Positions 43,951-56,900 of a stretch of 64,000 nucleotides of DNA are shown here, in pieces. Location: assembly GCA_013265495.1 (NCBI GenBank), contig MU058868.1:2845553-2909552 (forward strand), given 5' to 3'. This DNA comes from Vicugna vicugna (Eukaryota). The position numbers and the translations under genes are program-made. The notes under the pieces are model-generated. The model had not been told where the DNA came from and did not search any database. It worked only from the letters and a program-made list of their open reading frames with translations. Within the stretch, counting starts at the first letter, position 1. Each line of letters begins with the position of its first letter.

Positions 43951-46900
43951 CTGAATAGCCTTCCAGAAGAAGAACATGAGCCTTTCAAATCAGGGGCTTT
44001 CCGAAGTGCGGTCCCCTCGGAGGCTGCTACACAGGGTAGGGCCAGCCCAGCCTTTGGGTCCCTCGGAGAGAGCCTATCACTCCTCGGGTCTCGGTTTCCC
44101 CCCTTTCAGACGGTGGAGTTGGGCTTGGAGATGTCTAAGTGCCCTTCGAGGTCAGCAGCTCTGACCCTTGCAGGGCTGTAACAAGTTTCAGTTCTCACTT
44201 GCCAAGAAGACGCTGGACACAAGGACAGCGGCCGTCCTGGTATATGACCACCATCCCACTGGGCTGGGTAGCAGGGGGACCGGGGGAGGCAGGACCTCCC
44301 CGGCTCACACAGCCCCCAGGTGCCAGGGCAGCAGCACCAGGCTGGATGCCAGGGCCCCCTGGGCCAAAGCAGACCACTGACTCTCTAAGGGGCGAGATGT
44401 AGCCAGAGCGAGAGCTCCCAGGAACTCCCAGTGGGAAAAGCTGCACCCGTCCCCCGGCAGCTGCTCTGAGGGTCCGAGGTAGCCCCCCCCCCGCCTTCAC
44501 TCCTCCTGGACTCGACTCTGCCGTTGCGAGCAGAAGTTTCTCATGGGCCCCCGGACAGCTCCCACCAGACTCCTGGACCACAGACACTGGCCCTGGGCTG
44601 CAATCCAGAGCCGAGATACAAGGCTGAGAGGTGCCCTGCCTTCTGCCCTCAGCCAATTTTTTACTTTTTGGCTCGTGGGGCAAATAGCAACAAGAGTGGT
44701 CATACAAAGACAAAAGGCAATTGCTAATTTTGTCATGTCATCTCATGGCGTTTCCGGTTCTTTGGGACCATGAGGCGCCATATCAGCACAGTCTCGGGCC
44801 CAGAGAGGTGGCCCAGAGCAACCCCCACGCCCTGCTGGGGTCCCCTGGACAGCCTCCCTGTCACGTGGTCCAGCCTTTTAGTGGATCCCCTACTCTGCCT
44901 CGAGATAGCTCTGCACTTTGAGGTTCAGAGCTGCCCCCACCCCCAGCGATCCCAGCTCCACCATCCCAGCTCCGCCTTCGTGTCCCCACCCACAAGGGGG
45001 CTCCCAGACTAGTTGGGGAGACAGACTTGGAAGGAGACTGAGACAGCACAGTCTGTGCAGCAACAAAGGGAAGCCTGGGAGGGGACGGAGAGGGGAGTGA
45101 AATCTAGGAAGGCGTCCTGGAGGAGGAGGCTCCTCCACCGGATCTTGGAGCAAAAGAGATTAGGCAAAGAGAGGGTGTAAAATTCTTCCCCGGAGGAAGG
45201 CCGCCAGAAGGGCACTTAAGCCCAGCCTGCCCCAGGTATGCACAGAGGATGAAGGCGGTCACACTGTCACCCTGAGGGTTAATCTTCAACAGGCCATAAA
45301 CAGTGAATCCCAGGAATGCAGAGGCTGGGGGAGGGGTGGGTGTAGGCTGAGGGAACAGAACTGCTCCCTCTGGTCGTCCCAGCAACTCCTGGCGGCAGCA
45401 GCAAGCCACGCCCGGGACTCTGGCAGGGGCAGCAATCGCGCTGTAGAGGGCCAGAGGAAGTAGGTTTGGCTTTGGGGGCCTCTATTACAGCCTGAAGACT
45501 GCTAGGAAGTGAGCGGATCTGGCCGTGTACCAGTGAAACCTTATCTACAAGACAGGGGCAGGATTTGGCCCCAGGAGCGGGGCCTTGCCCCAGAGAACTG
45601 GGCGGGGTGGGGAGTGAGGGGAAAAGCACCTCAGGGTCCCGCTGCCGATGCAGGACGCGACCAGCGCAGAGGCAGCCCTGCCACCCTATATGTTCCCCCT
45701 TCGGAGAGCGGCTACGCAGGGAGGGTGGAGCCAGCGCAAGGCCGGAGCCGGGCGGGGCAGCCATGGCCAGGCAGCCGCAGACCGCCTGTGCTCCACGCTG
45801 GCTCGGGGCACAGCGCACGAGGCGGCTCCCTGCCTCCCTCCTCCCGCGGGTCAGGGATGTCACTGCAGGCTCAGAGCTCAGTTATCCAGGATAACCAAGA
45901 AGTGACACTTAAGTGCGCTCCCGGCAAAGACAGGTGATTGGGCAGCCAGATGGCAAAGTCTGTCCCTCAAGCCTGCAAATGGGCAAGAGAGCCCCTCACC
46001 CAAGGTCGCAGGAGGGGGTGTCCCCAGTGTTCACACGGTCCACACCAAGCCACACCCCATCACCTCTCCTGGTCTGTGGGTCCACGTCGGTAAGACACTG
46101 AGGTGCCCCCGCTGAGGCAATCTCCCAGAAACACACCTTCCAAGGCACATTCCTGAGCCCTGCCCAGGTCGAAGGATCACTAGACCCAAGGTGCCCTCAC
46201 CAGCTGGTTCCTTCACACACACACACGCACGCACATGCACACGTCTGACCCAGACGCGGCCCGGGACGGACACAGGCGCCGCTAGCCTGGAGCCCGGCAC
46301 GCAGCCGCTGCACCGAGCGCCAGGACTGTGCCTGTGGCCAGCAGGGCTTGGCCTGTTTGTTGTTTCTGGACTTAGCGGCTGAAGCCAGCCCAGATCAAAG
46401 AGGAGCAGGGCCTGGGCCCCGCGATTTCAGGAACTGCTCTTTGCAAAACAGGAATATCAGGACCAAACAGGCTTCCCAGATGACTGACGGCCACCCGGGC
46501 CAGGGCGAAGGCCTGCAGGAAGCGGTCAGCAGTTCCCGAGGTCCGAAGACACCCAGCCCCACGCCCCACTCCGGCCTCGGCCCCGGCCCATCCGGCTCTG
46601 TCCGGGCGGGCGCCACCCTTGCCGGGAACTGCTGGCTCTGCCGCCCCGTCACTCCTCCTCGGCCCGCGACAAGGCCGAGTCCTGGTTGTATTTGTGCCAG
46701 GGACTCCTCTGCTTGCAGAAGAGGGGTGCTCCTCGTCAACACCCCAAATAGCACAATGTGGGCACCTGGGGGAATTTGGTGGGAAAGGATAAACAGGGGA
46801 GGGAGGCCCGGGCTGGTACGTCTCCCTGTCACATCCTCAGAGGGACCCCAACCTGCCCACCAGTTCAAAGCAGGCCCCTCCTTTAAAAAATGAGGGAGGA

Positions 46901-49129
46901 GGTTCTGAGCGGCCACACAGCCGGGAGTGGCCATGTCTCAGGGGTCCCTCCCATCATAGGACACACACCCCCCACTCCGCAGGACCATCTGCCCGTGAGT
47001 GGTGGGGTGACCAGGAGGGGGCCCTAGAGGGGACAACGGAGCAGCAGCTCCCAGGCTGGGTGCCTGCATGTGACTCCGGCTGCTGCCTTCCCTGGGAGCC
47101 TGGGAAGTCACCAAAGCTTATAGATGCGACCCTGGGACACCCTAATGCCCTTGGCCCCGACTCCCCAGAGCACCCACATTCCAGACCAGGGTGGGGAAAC
47201 TCTGCTGGAATTCTGGACATTCTCGAAGCCCAGTCACCAGGGGGTGGATCTTGAACTTGATTGTGCAAACGTTAACCCAGCCCCAGCACACACTCCCCAA
47301 AGGCCTCTCGGGAGAGTGACAGTCCTCTCAGCCCAGACCCCCCTCCCTGGAAACGGGGCCCTAGTCACCGCAGGCCGAGGGGGGGCAGGAGAGCTCAGGT
47401 GGGAATTTCCACAGGACGCCCCCTCAGCGTCGCTCTGAGCTGCGCGGGGGCTGCACGTGGGGGATGCCGGCTCCGGGGGCACAAACCCGTTTGAGGCCCC
47501 ATTTCACTCGTTTGGCTACTTGTCATCTCTGCTCCTTTCCCAGCAAATCTTCCAGAGCCTTCCACCCTGGTCAGCTCTGTGCAACCTCCTCACCTCACCT
47601 CACCCACCCCGCTCCCTGAACCTGCCCTCACCCCTGCCGCTGGCACCTCTGTGTTGCTAACTCTGATGGATGGCGGTCCCCATCCTCATCTCACTTGCTC
47701 CTCAGGGTCTCTCTTCTGCCCACTGACCGTGCCTTCCTCCTGCCTCTCCTGCTATATCTCTGTCTACACTCACCCTTAGGTGTGAGCGCAAAGGTCGGGG
47801 ACTCCTAGAGCCATCTGCCCCCCATTGTTACCCACGACCCCCACATTTGCACGTCCTCTTCCTGGTCACCTTCTCCTCCAGGCTCTGACCTCAAACTCCT
47901 GCCTGTCTCCCAAGTCTCCCTCCCACTTTGCCTCCTTCTGGGGCCTTGCTGTTGCGGACAAGCCAGTCCTCCCCCAGCCCCAAGAGCCCTGAGCACATTT
48001 TGCTGTGACTGGGTCTCCATCTAGGCTGCCAGTAGGTTCACACTCGAGGACCCATTGCTGGGGCAGTCTGCAAGCATTTGTTGAATGACTAACAGGTGCC
48101 CAGCCAGCCCCTGTTGTCCCTTACCAGGAAGGGGCAGGAATGTGGTCCTGAGGTAGCCAAGGGGCAGGGATGTGTGACAGATCTCATCAAGACATCCACG
48201 TCTGGGCAACAGTGACCAAAAGAGGACAAAGGCCATCAGGGCTGGGGACCTTGGTGACCAAAGTTCAGGGACAGGGGCCGTGAGTGGTGGGCTCATGGGA
48301 GACCTGTTGGGCTCCTGCCAAAGTGGACCTCCCACCCCAGCTCCTGTCTAGATTTTAGCCTCTAATCATGAAACTAAGGGACAGGCAGGTGAGGCCCAGG
48401 GATTTCCCAAAACATGAAATTGCAGGAGAAGCAGGGACACAGGTGGCAGGAGAGGCCTGGCAGCCCTCTGCCTCTGGCCTCCCATCATCACCCACCCCAC
48501 ACACCCAGTCATGCTGCAAGAAGAAGGGAGCTGTCTGCACATCACCACCCTTGGCCATTTCTTGTCGAGGCGGGCTTGGCTGAGGCTGCTTCCGTGCCCC
48601 AAATGCCTTCTCTTTACCCTGGGCTGCCTGGCAAACTCTTACGCATCCTTCCAAACGCTGCTTAACCACCACCTCCTCTGGGAGCCGTCCCAGATTAGAA
48701 GAAGGGGAATGAACGGCTCCTTCTGGTCCCACCATCAGCGCCAGCCATGAGCAGACTAACCTGTGCCCGACACGTGGAGGGCTCTCTGCTGACGTCTCGT
48801 TCAGACTGTCCATTAGCTAACGGGGGATCTGGGTAACTTATTTTAGCTCTCTCAGCCTCCGTCACTCTGACCACGACACGGGACAACAGTCCTGTCTTAT
48901 GGGATGGTGCCGAGGTTTCAGATGGGGGCCTGGGTGTACGTGACTTGTTAAAGAGTTTCTCGGTGACACATGGACCAAGCAACCAGCCCCTCAGACTCCA
49001 TGCTCAGGGTCTGAACCCAGGCAGCTTTGGGGCACAGCCTCTGGTCCCTCCACTTATTTAAGTGGCTCTTTTTTTATTTGTTTTGTTTCGTTTTGTATTG
49101 TTTCAGTGGCTCTTCTTCTGTTGTTTTTT

Positions 49130-49490
49130 TAAACTAAACTTCTTAGTTTAAAACAGTTTTATACTTACAGAAAGGTTGCGCTGACTGTGCAGACACTCCC
49201 CTGCACCCACGCCCAGCTCCCCCACCGCCGTCCCACGTGAATAAGGCACGTTTCATCACAATGGATGAATCAACGCTAATACATCACTATTAGCCAAAGT
49301 TCCTGCTTCACTTGGCTTCCTTGGTTTCTCCCTAGTGTCCGTAACTGTCCCCAGAGCCCACTGGGGACAGATCGCATCCTCAGGAATCTTTCTCCTTAGG
49401 CAGCTCTGGGCTGTGACACTTTCTCAGATTTTCCATGTTTTTCATGACCTTGATGGTTTTGAGGACCCGCCAGGTATTTTTGCTGAATGT
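49130..49490 (-). mobile_element. L1MC-type 3-prime end fragment
   Basis: acaatggatgaatcaacgctaatacatcactattagccaaag...ctgtgacactttctcagattttccatgtttttcatgaccttgatggttttgagga. Confidence 0.7.
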
Positions 49491-50757
49491 ACTGGAGCCG
49501 GGATGTGTCTGCTGTGTTTTTCAGTTCTTTTACTGTTAATTTTCAACAAACAAAATTTGCGGCAGGTTTTGGCCCTGAGTCAGGCTGGACCCGGCCCTCT
49601 GCCAGCAGCTGTTTTTCATTAAACTGCACCTGAGCCATCGACCCCCATTCAGGGCCCTGGGGGAAGGGACCGATGACTCTAAGCAAACAGTGAGGGCTGG
49701 GAGCAGACCGTTCCTACCTGTCCAGGTCCTGAAAATATATGAAGTGGTGCGCAGTCCCTCCCAACCAGAAGTGCTAACTGCTCCCAGGAGACCCTTTGTC
49801 ACCTCCCAGCTCCGCAGCCCCGGCGCCTGCCAGCGCAGCTCCGAGGGCCGCGAGGAGAGCAGCGCAGGGGCCGGCCTGAGGGCGGGTCACCAGGCTGCCT
49901 GCAAAACCGCAGTGTTCACCCTTCGGCTGGCGGCCCCACCTCTGGGATCGCAGTGCATGTGACCGCCCACTTCTGAGACAACAGGGCTCCGACGGGGCGG
50001 GACTCTATACCAGTGACACCTTGGCAGTAACCCAGGTGTCAAATAAATCATGCTGCAGACTCGCACCCAACAGCATGAGGCCAGTTTCCGTGCGCAGCCC
50101 GGGCAAGAGCTCTGAGCCACATTGAGTGGGACAAAAGCAAGATGCTCTGCTACCTTTGGTGTTCTGCAGAGGGATACCTTCCTGTTTGCTCGTGGTTATA
50201 AGAAGAAAGTGGAAGGAGCAGTAAACCGGCTGCAGTGGATGGCTGAGCAGGGGACGGACAGGGGACGTCTCCGGGTGTGAAACTCCTCGTGACTCCGGGG
50301 TGGTGGGTACCTGGCACTGTGCGTTTGTTAAAAGACATTAAAATTTACAGCACAGAGCAAACCCTAATGTGTGCAAATTTTAAACACTGAGGACGGGGAT
50401 TCCCAGGATGGACACAGGGTGTGTCAAAGCAGCGAACTGTGTTCATCCCAAACGTACGACACAGCCTCACCGAAGGGAGGGGAGTGGTGCCTGCCCACCA
50501 GCGCGGCCCCAGGTGGAGCCTGAAGACTGAGCTGAGAGGACTCCCAAGTGCCTGGGGCTCTGGCTGGTCCCGCTCCCCAGGGGCCCTGGGTTACAGAGGC
50601 TTGTGCTCCCACAGTGCAGCCAGCAGGGGAGCGAGGACAGCTCCGTAAATGGGTGGTGGGTGGCGAGTCGGGGGTGACGGCTCAGCGGTGGAGACACCAG
50701 TGTGAAGCCGCGTTCCGCTTGGTTCAGGTGCACACGGTACCTGTAGAAACACCTGCT

Positions 50758-50905
50758 GGGGGAGGGCACAGCTCAGGGGTAGAGCGCGGGCTCAGCACGC
50801 ACAAGGTCCTGGGTTCAATCCCCAGTGCCTCCATTAAAAAACATTAGTAAATAAATAAATAAACCCAATTACCCCCCCTTCAAAAAGCAAATAAAGGTTT
50901 AAAAA
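50758..50905 (+). mobile_element. tRNA-Ala-derived SINE, camelid Vic-1-like, second and more diverged copy
   Basis: gggggagggcacagctcaggggtagagc...gggttcaatccccagtgcctcc plus the same tail (aaataaataaacccaattacccccc). Confidence 0.85.
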
Positions 50906-51089
50906 TATGAATAGATACATAAATGAAAGAAACAGTACGTATGTGTATAAACACGAGTTAGTATACACATATATACGTACTAACTCACAGATAAGTGCAC
51001 ACACACGGATCCGTGTGCACACGGTAGACTCATATACACGGGTTATACACGGTACATGTGCACGTACAGCCCCCAGTCCTGCCAGCTGA

Positions 51090-51820
51090 GGGGGCCTAAA
51101 AGGAAAGACCCCCAGGTAGCAGCAAGCACACTGGAGTGCAAGTGAATGTCGGCGTCGCAGCCCTTTCTCCTACAAGAGGAATCAGGACTCTTGAGGGAAT
51201 GTCTCGTCCTAGGACTGGGCCAGGAAGTATGCACGAGAACGGGCTCGTAGTGCCAGGAAAGGAAGGGGGTACAGAACGAATGAAGGAAGGAAGAAGGAAG
51301 GAAGGAAGAATGAAATCCCACAGTGACGGGCATGTCGCAGGAGCACGGGGCCAACTGAAAGAGCTCCCAGTGGCCAAAGCTGGAAAAACTTGGGCCCCAA
51401 TTAGTTTGTGTTTGAGTATAACCCATGGTCTCTGTCTACCCACAAGCAATCAGCAGACAAGGCATGACTGAGGAACGTTTTACAAAACACACAACCAAGC
51501 TCCTCAAAACAAAACCAAAACGAGGGAAGTCCCAGCCCAGGAGCCCGAGGAGACGCGCTGACTAAATGTCACCTGTGTCCTGGACGCAATCTTGGGACAG
51601 AAAGGGGACATTAGGTAAAACCAAGGAAACCTGAATAAAATAGGGGTTTTCCTTAATAATAACGAACCAGCATTGGCTCCTAAGTGGTGATAGACGTACC
51701 TCACTGTTGTGTGATGTTAGTAACAGGGGAGACTGGCTCGGGGCCAGGAGAGCTCTCTGTGCTGTACTTGCAATTATTTTGTAAATCCAAAACTGTTCTT
51801 AATAATAAAATCTATTTTTT
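51090..51820 (+). mobile_element. L1MC-type 3-prime UTR/end
   Basis: gagctcccagtggccaaagctggaaaaac; gactaaatgtca...cttgggacagaaaggggacattagg...gtacttgcaattattttgtaaatccaaaactgttcttaataataaaa. Confidence 0.75.
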
Positions 51821-53439
51821 AGAGGCCTGGTGAGGTGGAACAGCCTGGATGTGTGTGGAGAGAAGAATTAGGGCCCAAAGACGCCGGAGGGAGCTGTCCC
51901 AGAGGGACTTGCCGTGTGGCCTTGGGCCAGCCTTCCCAAGCCTGGCTCCCCTTACCGTCCCTGAAGCACCAGGGAAACCGAGGCAGGCCTTTGGAAGAGA
52001 CCCCAGCTCCAGCTGCTGCCTGCCAGTGACCTCGGGGCCCCTCTGTGAACAGAGGGTGAGGACGGGTCCCTCCCAAAATCAGCTGAGAATTCTGTAAACA
52101 ACACTCCCAGGGCGGCACCGCAGCCCCTGTAGGGGAGGGCGGAGGGTCACCAGGCTCACTGTAAGGGAGGCTCAGAGGTGTCCCGCCTCTCCCGGGCCGC
52201 AGGGCTGCCCCCTCACCTCCGGGCCAGTCTGCGCAAAGTCCACTGTGCACCCCAGGACAGCGGGGACAGAGCCTCTCCACCCGCTGCACCTACAGCCTGT
52301 CCGTCTCCTCTTGCCCCCTCCCCGTTCAAAACCCAAGCACAGGCCCACGGCTGAGGAACGAGGGGCAGGCCCAGGGATGTCCAGGGAAGGTGAGGCAGAC
52401 TTAGAGGCAAGGGAAAGCCAGGACCCGGCCCCCAGCCTCCAGGCCCATGGCTCCTGTTTCCCTCCAGGGTCACGAGCCCTGGGCTGCAGCCCTGACCGCC
52501 TTGGACACTGTACGAAGCCCCAACACGGTCTCATTTTGCAGACACTCAAACTGAGCCACTCACTGCTAGCCGCTCAGCCAAGATCAGAACGACCAGAACG
52601 CCCAGGGCTGCTGCCTACTGGGCGCCCCAGAGCCCTCCCCTCCCCCTGCCCGTGGGAAGGCGCCTCCCTGCCTCACAACTGCCTCCTTGCCAACATCCAG
52701 CCTCACCACCAGCTCTTGGCCCCTTTCTCAGACTACCTGAGCACTGCCCTGCTTCCCGCTGCCTGGCCAGGCCGCTTTCAGGGTGCACCCCTCTCACACA
52801 CCCTCCCGCGGTCTCACCTGTCCCGGAAGGTGACTCGGCACACTCGGGGCTGAGGGCTGCCGCTAAGGGGCGGCTTCCCCTGGAACAGACCAGCCAGGGG
52901 ACTGGAACTTCCTGGCCAAGGAAGGGAAGAGGGAGGCTCTCCGGGCCCCTCAGGATGGTCCCCGCCGTGCAGTGCCTGTTCCGGGCAGGAAGGTGCACAT
53001 TTTCAGCCAGCCCGGCCTCCAGGCTACAATCAGGTGGCCTGAGCGATCAGCCCGGGTCATTGGCTGCACCCTCGGCCAGCCCAGCCCTCCGGGAAGGGGC
53101 CGAGTCGGCTCCACTGACCTTCTTCCTACTTATCAGCCATCGGAAGTCAGCAATCCTGGCTCAGCATTCCAGAGCGGGGCGGGAAGGGGCTGCCCGCTGG
53201 CAACAGGGTCTGGTGTGTGCCGGGGCTCTGGGGACACGGGGCGTCGGGTGCCACCTCCCTTGTCCCTGTGCCTCAGAGAGGAGGGAGGCTGGCCCTTGAC
53301 AGCTGCTAGGCCACCCCTCAGCTGGGCTGAGGGGTGCTCATGACTCTTGCTGGGGCTGTCGCTGGGAGTTCAACATTTACTGAGCACCTGCTGTGTGCTG
53401 GGCCCTGTGTGAGGCCAGCACTGGGTCTCAGAGGGTGTC

Positions 53440-53614
53440 CAGAGAGGACGTTTCCCAAACTGGCTCCTCACCAGTCATCTGGGGTGTCCTTAAAGTTACA
53501 GATTCTCGACTCCAGACCCACCACATCAGCACCTTCTGGGGAAGGGCCCAGAAATCTGGATTTTTAACAAGTTCCCTAGTGGCCCCTGCCATCAGGCAAG
53601 TCTGAGCAGCCCTG
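53440..53614. mobile_element. MER5A (hAT-Charlie MITE)
   Basis: tttcccaaactgg...atctggggtgtccttaaagttacagattctc...gggcccagaaatctggatttttaacaagttccc...caagtctgagcagccctg. Confidence 0.75.
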
Positions 53615-53724
53615 TCCCAAACGACACGTCTACCCTCAGACATTCAACTACGTGGGCAGAGTCACCTGGGGCCTATGACTGACACACCTCCCCTAACCCT
53701 CCACAGACCCCGGAGCCGCAAGGG

Positions 53725-53885
53725 TCAGGACCCCGGCTTCCAGGACTGGCTGTGTGACTTGAGGCAAGTCTCTTAACCTCTCTGTGCTTCCCTTTCCTTG
53801 TCTTTGAAATGGAAGAACACTAGACACTTGGCCCAGCTCATCAGCGTCAGTGAGAATAAGTGAGTTAGTAAGTGTTGAGGACTCG
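53725..53885 (+). mobile_element. MIR SINE (one of many further MIR/L2 fragments not listed individually)
   Basis: ctggctgtgtgacttgaggcaagtctcttaacctctctgtgcttccctttccttgtctttgaaatgg. Confidence 0.75.
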
Positions 53886-53894
53886 AAGCAATGC

Positions 53895-53965
53895 CACACA
53901 CACAAGTACACACACGTGCACACAGACATACACACAGACACACACACATACACATACACACATCC
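53895..53965. repeat. Degenerate (CA)n tract
   Basis: cacacacacaagtacacacacgtgcacacagacatacacacagacacacacacatacacatacacac. Confidence 0.9.
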
Positions 53966-56900
53966 CAGATGTGTATTTTTGTTGGGCATCTTGGAGGCGC
54001 TGGCTCTCAGCAGTGACTCATGCTGTCGCGGGAGAAGAGGCGGGAGGCGCGGGGCCTGAGGCGGCCTCGGGGCTGGGCAGGAGCTGGCCACTCGGCTCTC
54101 AGCCCCTCTGTGGATGAACAAACAAATGAATGAAGGAAAGAGGTATGAAGTGCCTGGCACGTTTCTTTGCTTTTTATTGTGAGGGCGCGCCGACACTGCA
54201 GGCTGACGCCTGCTAACGGCTGGGCAGGCGGCCCCTTCAGTCTAGAACCTGGGCTTTCTTTCTGTCGGCCCTTGGGCTCACCCGCCTCCGGCCTGTAGGG
54301 ACCACGGCTCTGGCCTCAGAGATCAATCACATCCCTGTGAGTGTCGCCAACTGTCAGCTGCCCTCAGCCCCAGGTGCAGGGCTTAAAGACCTTTGATTCT
54401 TTCCCAGCAATTGAAGGTAGAGAATTCCCCTAAAGCCAGACATCTGGCGGTTCTGGAAGGTCAGGATGCCTGGGGCAGCGCTCCCAGGCAGCTCGCTGTG
54501 GGCCCACTGCCGCGTCTTGGAGGGTGAGCTCTCGCAGGCCCTCGCCATCGGGGGCTTCACCGCTTCCCTAGCTGGTGCCCTGTGAGGACTGAGCGATGAC
54601 CCCCGCTTCCCTGGGCCCAGGGGGAGCCCAGCAGCCAGTCTGGGTGGTGCGGTTCCCAGGAACCTGCCTGGAACCCTCGAGCTCCTGGACCCCCCATCGC
54701 AAGCTCCCTGATGCTGCCTGGCCCCAGGCCTACGCAGACCTGCAGGGCCCCATGCAGTGGCCAGGGGAGGGCGCGGGTCACTAGCCCCAGAGAGGCCAGG
54801 CTGGGGGCTCACGGTGGTCAGGTCCAGCTTCTCTCCTCAGGAGCCCTCCCCCAGGTCGAGGGCCAGCAGGGGGCCGGGCACCTCACTCAGACTTAGATTC
54901 CAAGGATCCTCCCACCCAGCCAGTCCCTGTTTCCAGGAGTAGAGACTGAGGCCCTGAGCGGCCCAGCGACTTGGCCCAGAATCTCCCCCGGAAGTGCCAG
55001 GCTGGGGTCCCACCGCGGGATTTCCCGCCAGTCAGGTCTCGAGTCTGGAGGATCATTTTTGCCAGAGACTCGACTTCTGCCCTCCCCTAGCCCAGCGGGT
55101 CCTCTCACCCGGCTGAGCTGTGTCAGGAGCCCTGAGTTTTCAGTCCTGGCACCACTGCAGACAATACCCAGCTCTCTTTGGGCCTCAGTTTCCCCATTTG
55201 CAGTCAGGAAGGGGCCGGGCTGGGAGCTCTCTGGGGTTCAAGGTTCCAGAGCAGACACCCTCCCACCTGGCGGACTGCGGGCATCATCCCTCCCCTCGGC
55301 GCCCGGGCGGCGGGGCTGGAGTCTCCCCTCCGTCCTCTGTGAGAGCCCTCCCCACGGCGCAGCAGCCTCGCACCCGCCTCCTGGCACCCAGACCCGATAG
55401 GCTCAGAATCGGAAACGCCCTGACGTGTGTGAGATGTGCGTGAGACATGCAGATTGTCCTGCCGTGGGGACTGGCGCTGTGGAGCCCAAATTCACTTAAA
55501 AACAAACAAATCCCCTGCGTCCTAAATGTATCCTCTTAAAGACCATTTTGAAAATCTTGCTTTGAAAACACTAAAGCCAAGGGCGACACACGCCCAGCAG
55601 CCGTGACCCGGGAGGGCGGCCCCAGGCCGGCCCGCGGGCCCTGCGGTGAGCAGGACAGGCTGCGGCCGCTCTTCTGGAAGAGCCTCCCCACGACGGGGAG
55701 GGGCCCAGGGTGAGCGACGCGGTGACAGGCAAAAGGTGGCCTGAGGGGCAGGCACGACCACTCCTGAGTGAGGAGGACCCACGAGAAGCTGGAAGACCCT
55801 GGACAGTGAGTGTGGACTGGCAGGCTGAGACACGCACGGGCAGGATCTCCAAATTAAATGGATGATGCTCGGGCTGATTCCTTCTGGGACAGCAGAGCTC
55901 CCGGCAGCCAGAGAGGTAAACAGGGGCAAACGCGAGGCTGGGAGCTGCATGCCTGGCGGGGACAGGCATGACCAGCAGCAGAGCAGCTGTACACGCGAAC
56001 AGGAGGTTGGGCTACACCCCAAGGCCATGTGGACTTGAACTTGGCTCTTGGAACATGATCACAGGGTCTCCCTCTAGGGCCGGGGTCCCACCCAGGCCAC
56101 AGACAGTGGGAAGTTTCTGGACAACGATTGTTGATGTCACGGCAGGGTGAGTACCGATCACACGAAAGTATTCGCGACATGTTCTGCAAGGCCAGGCCAG
56201 GGAAGGGGTTTCAAAGCGAACTGACGATTGGAGTCAGGTCTGCTTTGAAAATGCTCTTTAGAGGGCAAAAAGGCTGGATGAAGAACACAAAAACGTTCTC
56301 TGTCATCATCAGGTCGGGCCACTCAGCGTCTGTGATACTCCTTCTGTGTTTTCAGGGTGTGTCGCTTTTTCAATCAGAAGAGGATTGTTTTGTAATCAAA
56401 ACAAATGCGACAGGTGGATAATAAAAACCATCTTTTGTGCGCACGCTTATAAATGAAGGTGTTTCTGAGCAAGCTGACGAGCCCGAGGATGGGCGTACTG
56501 GCGGCAGGCCCCTCGGAATGCGGGCTGCCGGAGCCCCCGTCCTCAGGGACCCTGGGCTGGGGACGGTCCCCTCCCCTCCGTTTTTGATTCTTTAAGGTGT
56601 TTTCACTGGCTCACGGCACATCTCCCCTCAAACCCCCGCTGTGAACAGGCACGGGAATGAGCCCCAAGGAGCCCGGGGAGTGGGGAACTCTCTCTCTGAG
56701 TGACTTTGGGCAAGTCCCTCCTCTCTGGACCTCGGTTCCCCCCCTCTGGACATCAGACCAGCTGCCTGCACGACCCACGTTCACGCTCAGGCCAAACCTT
56801 GGGGTGGCTCCTGCCCACCACTGCCCTCTCGTGGAAGACTGAGCACACAGCGCCGCATAGATCACCGCCTGGGACCTGCCTGAGACCCCGGAGGCCACCG

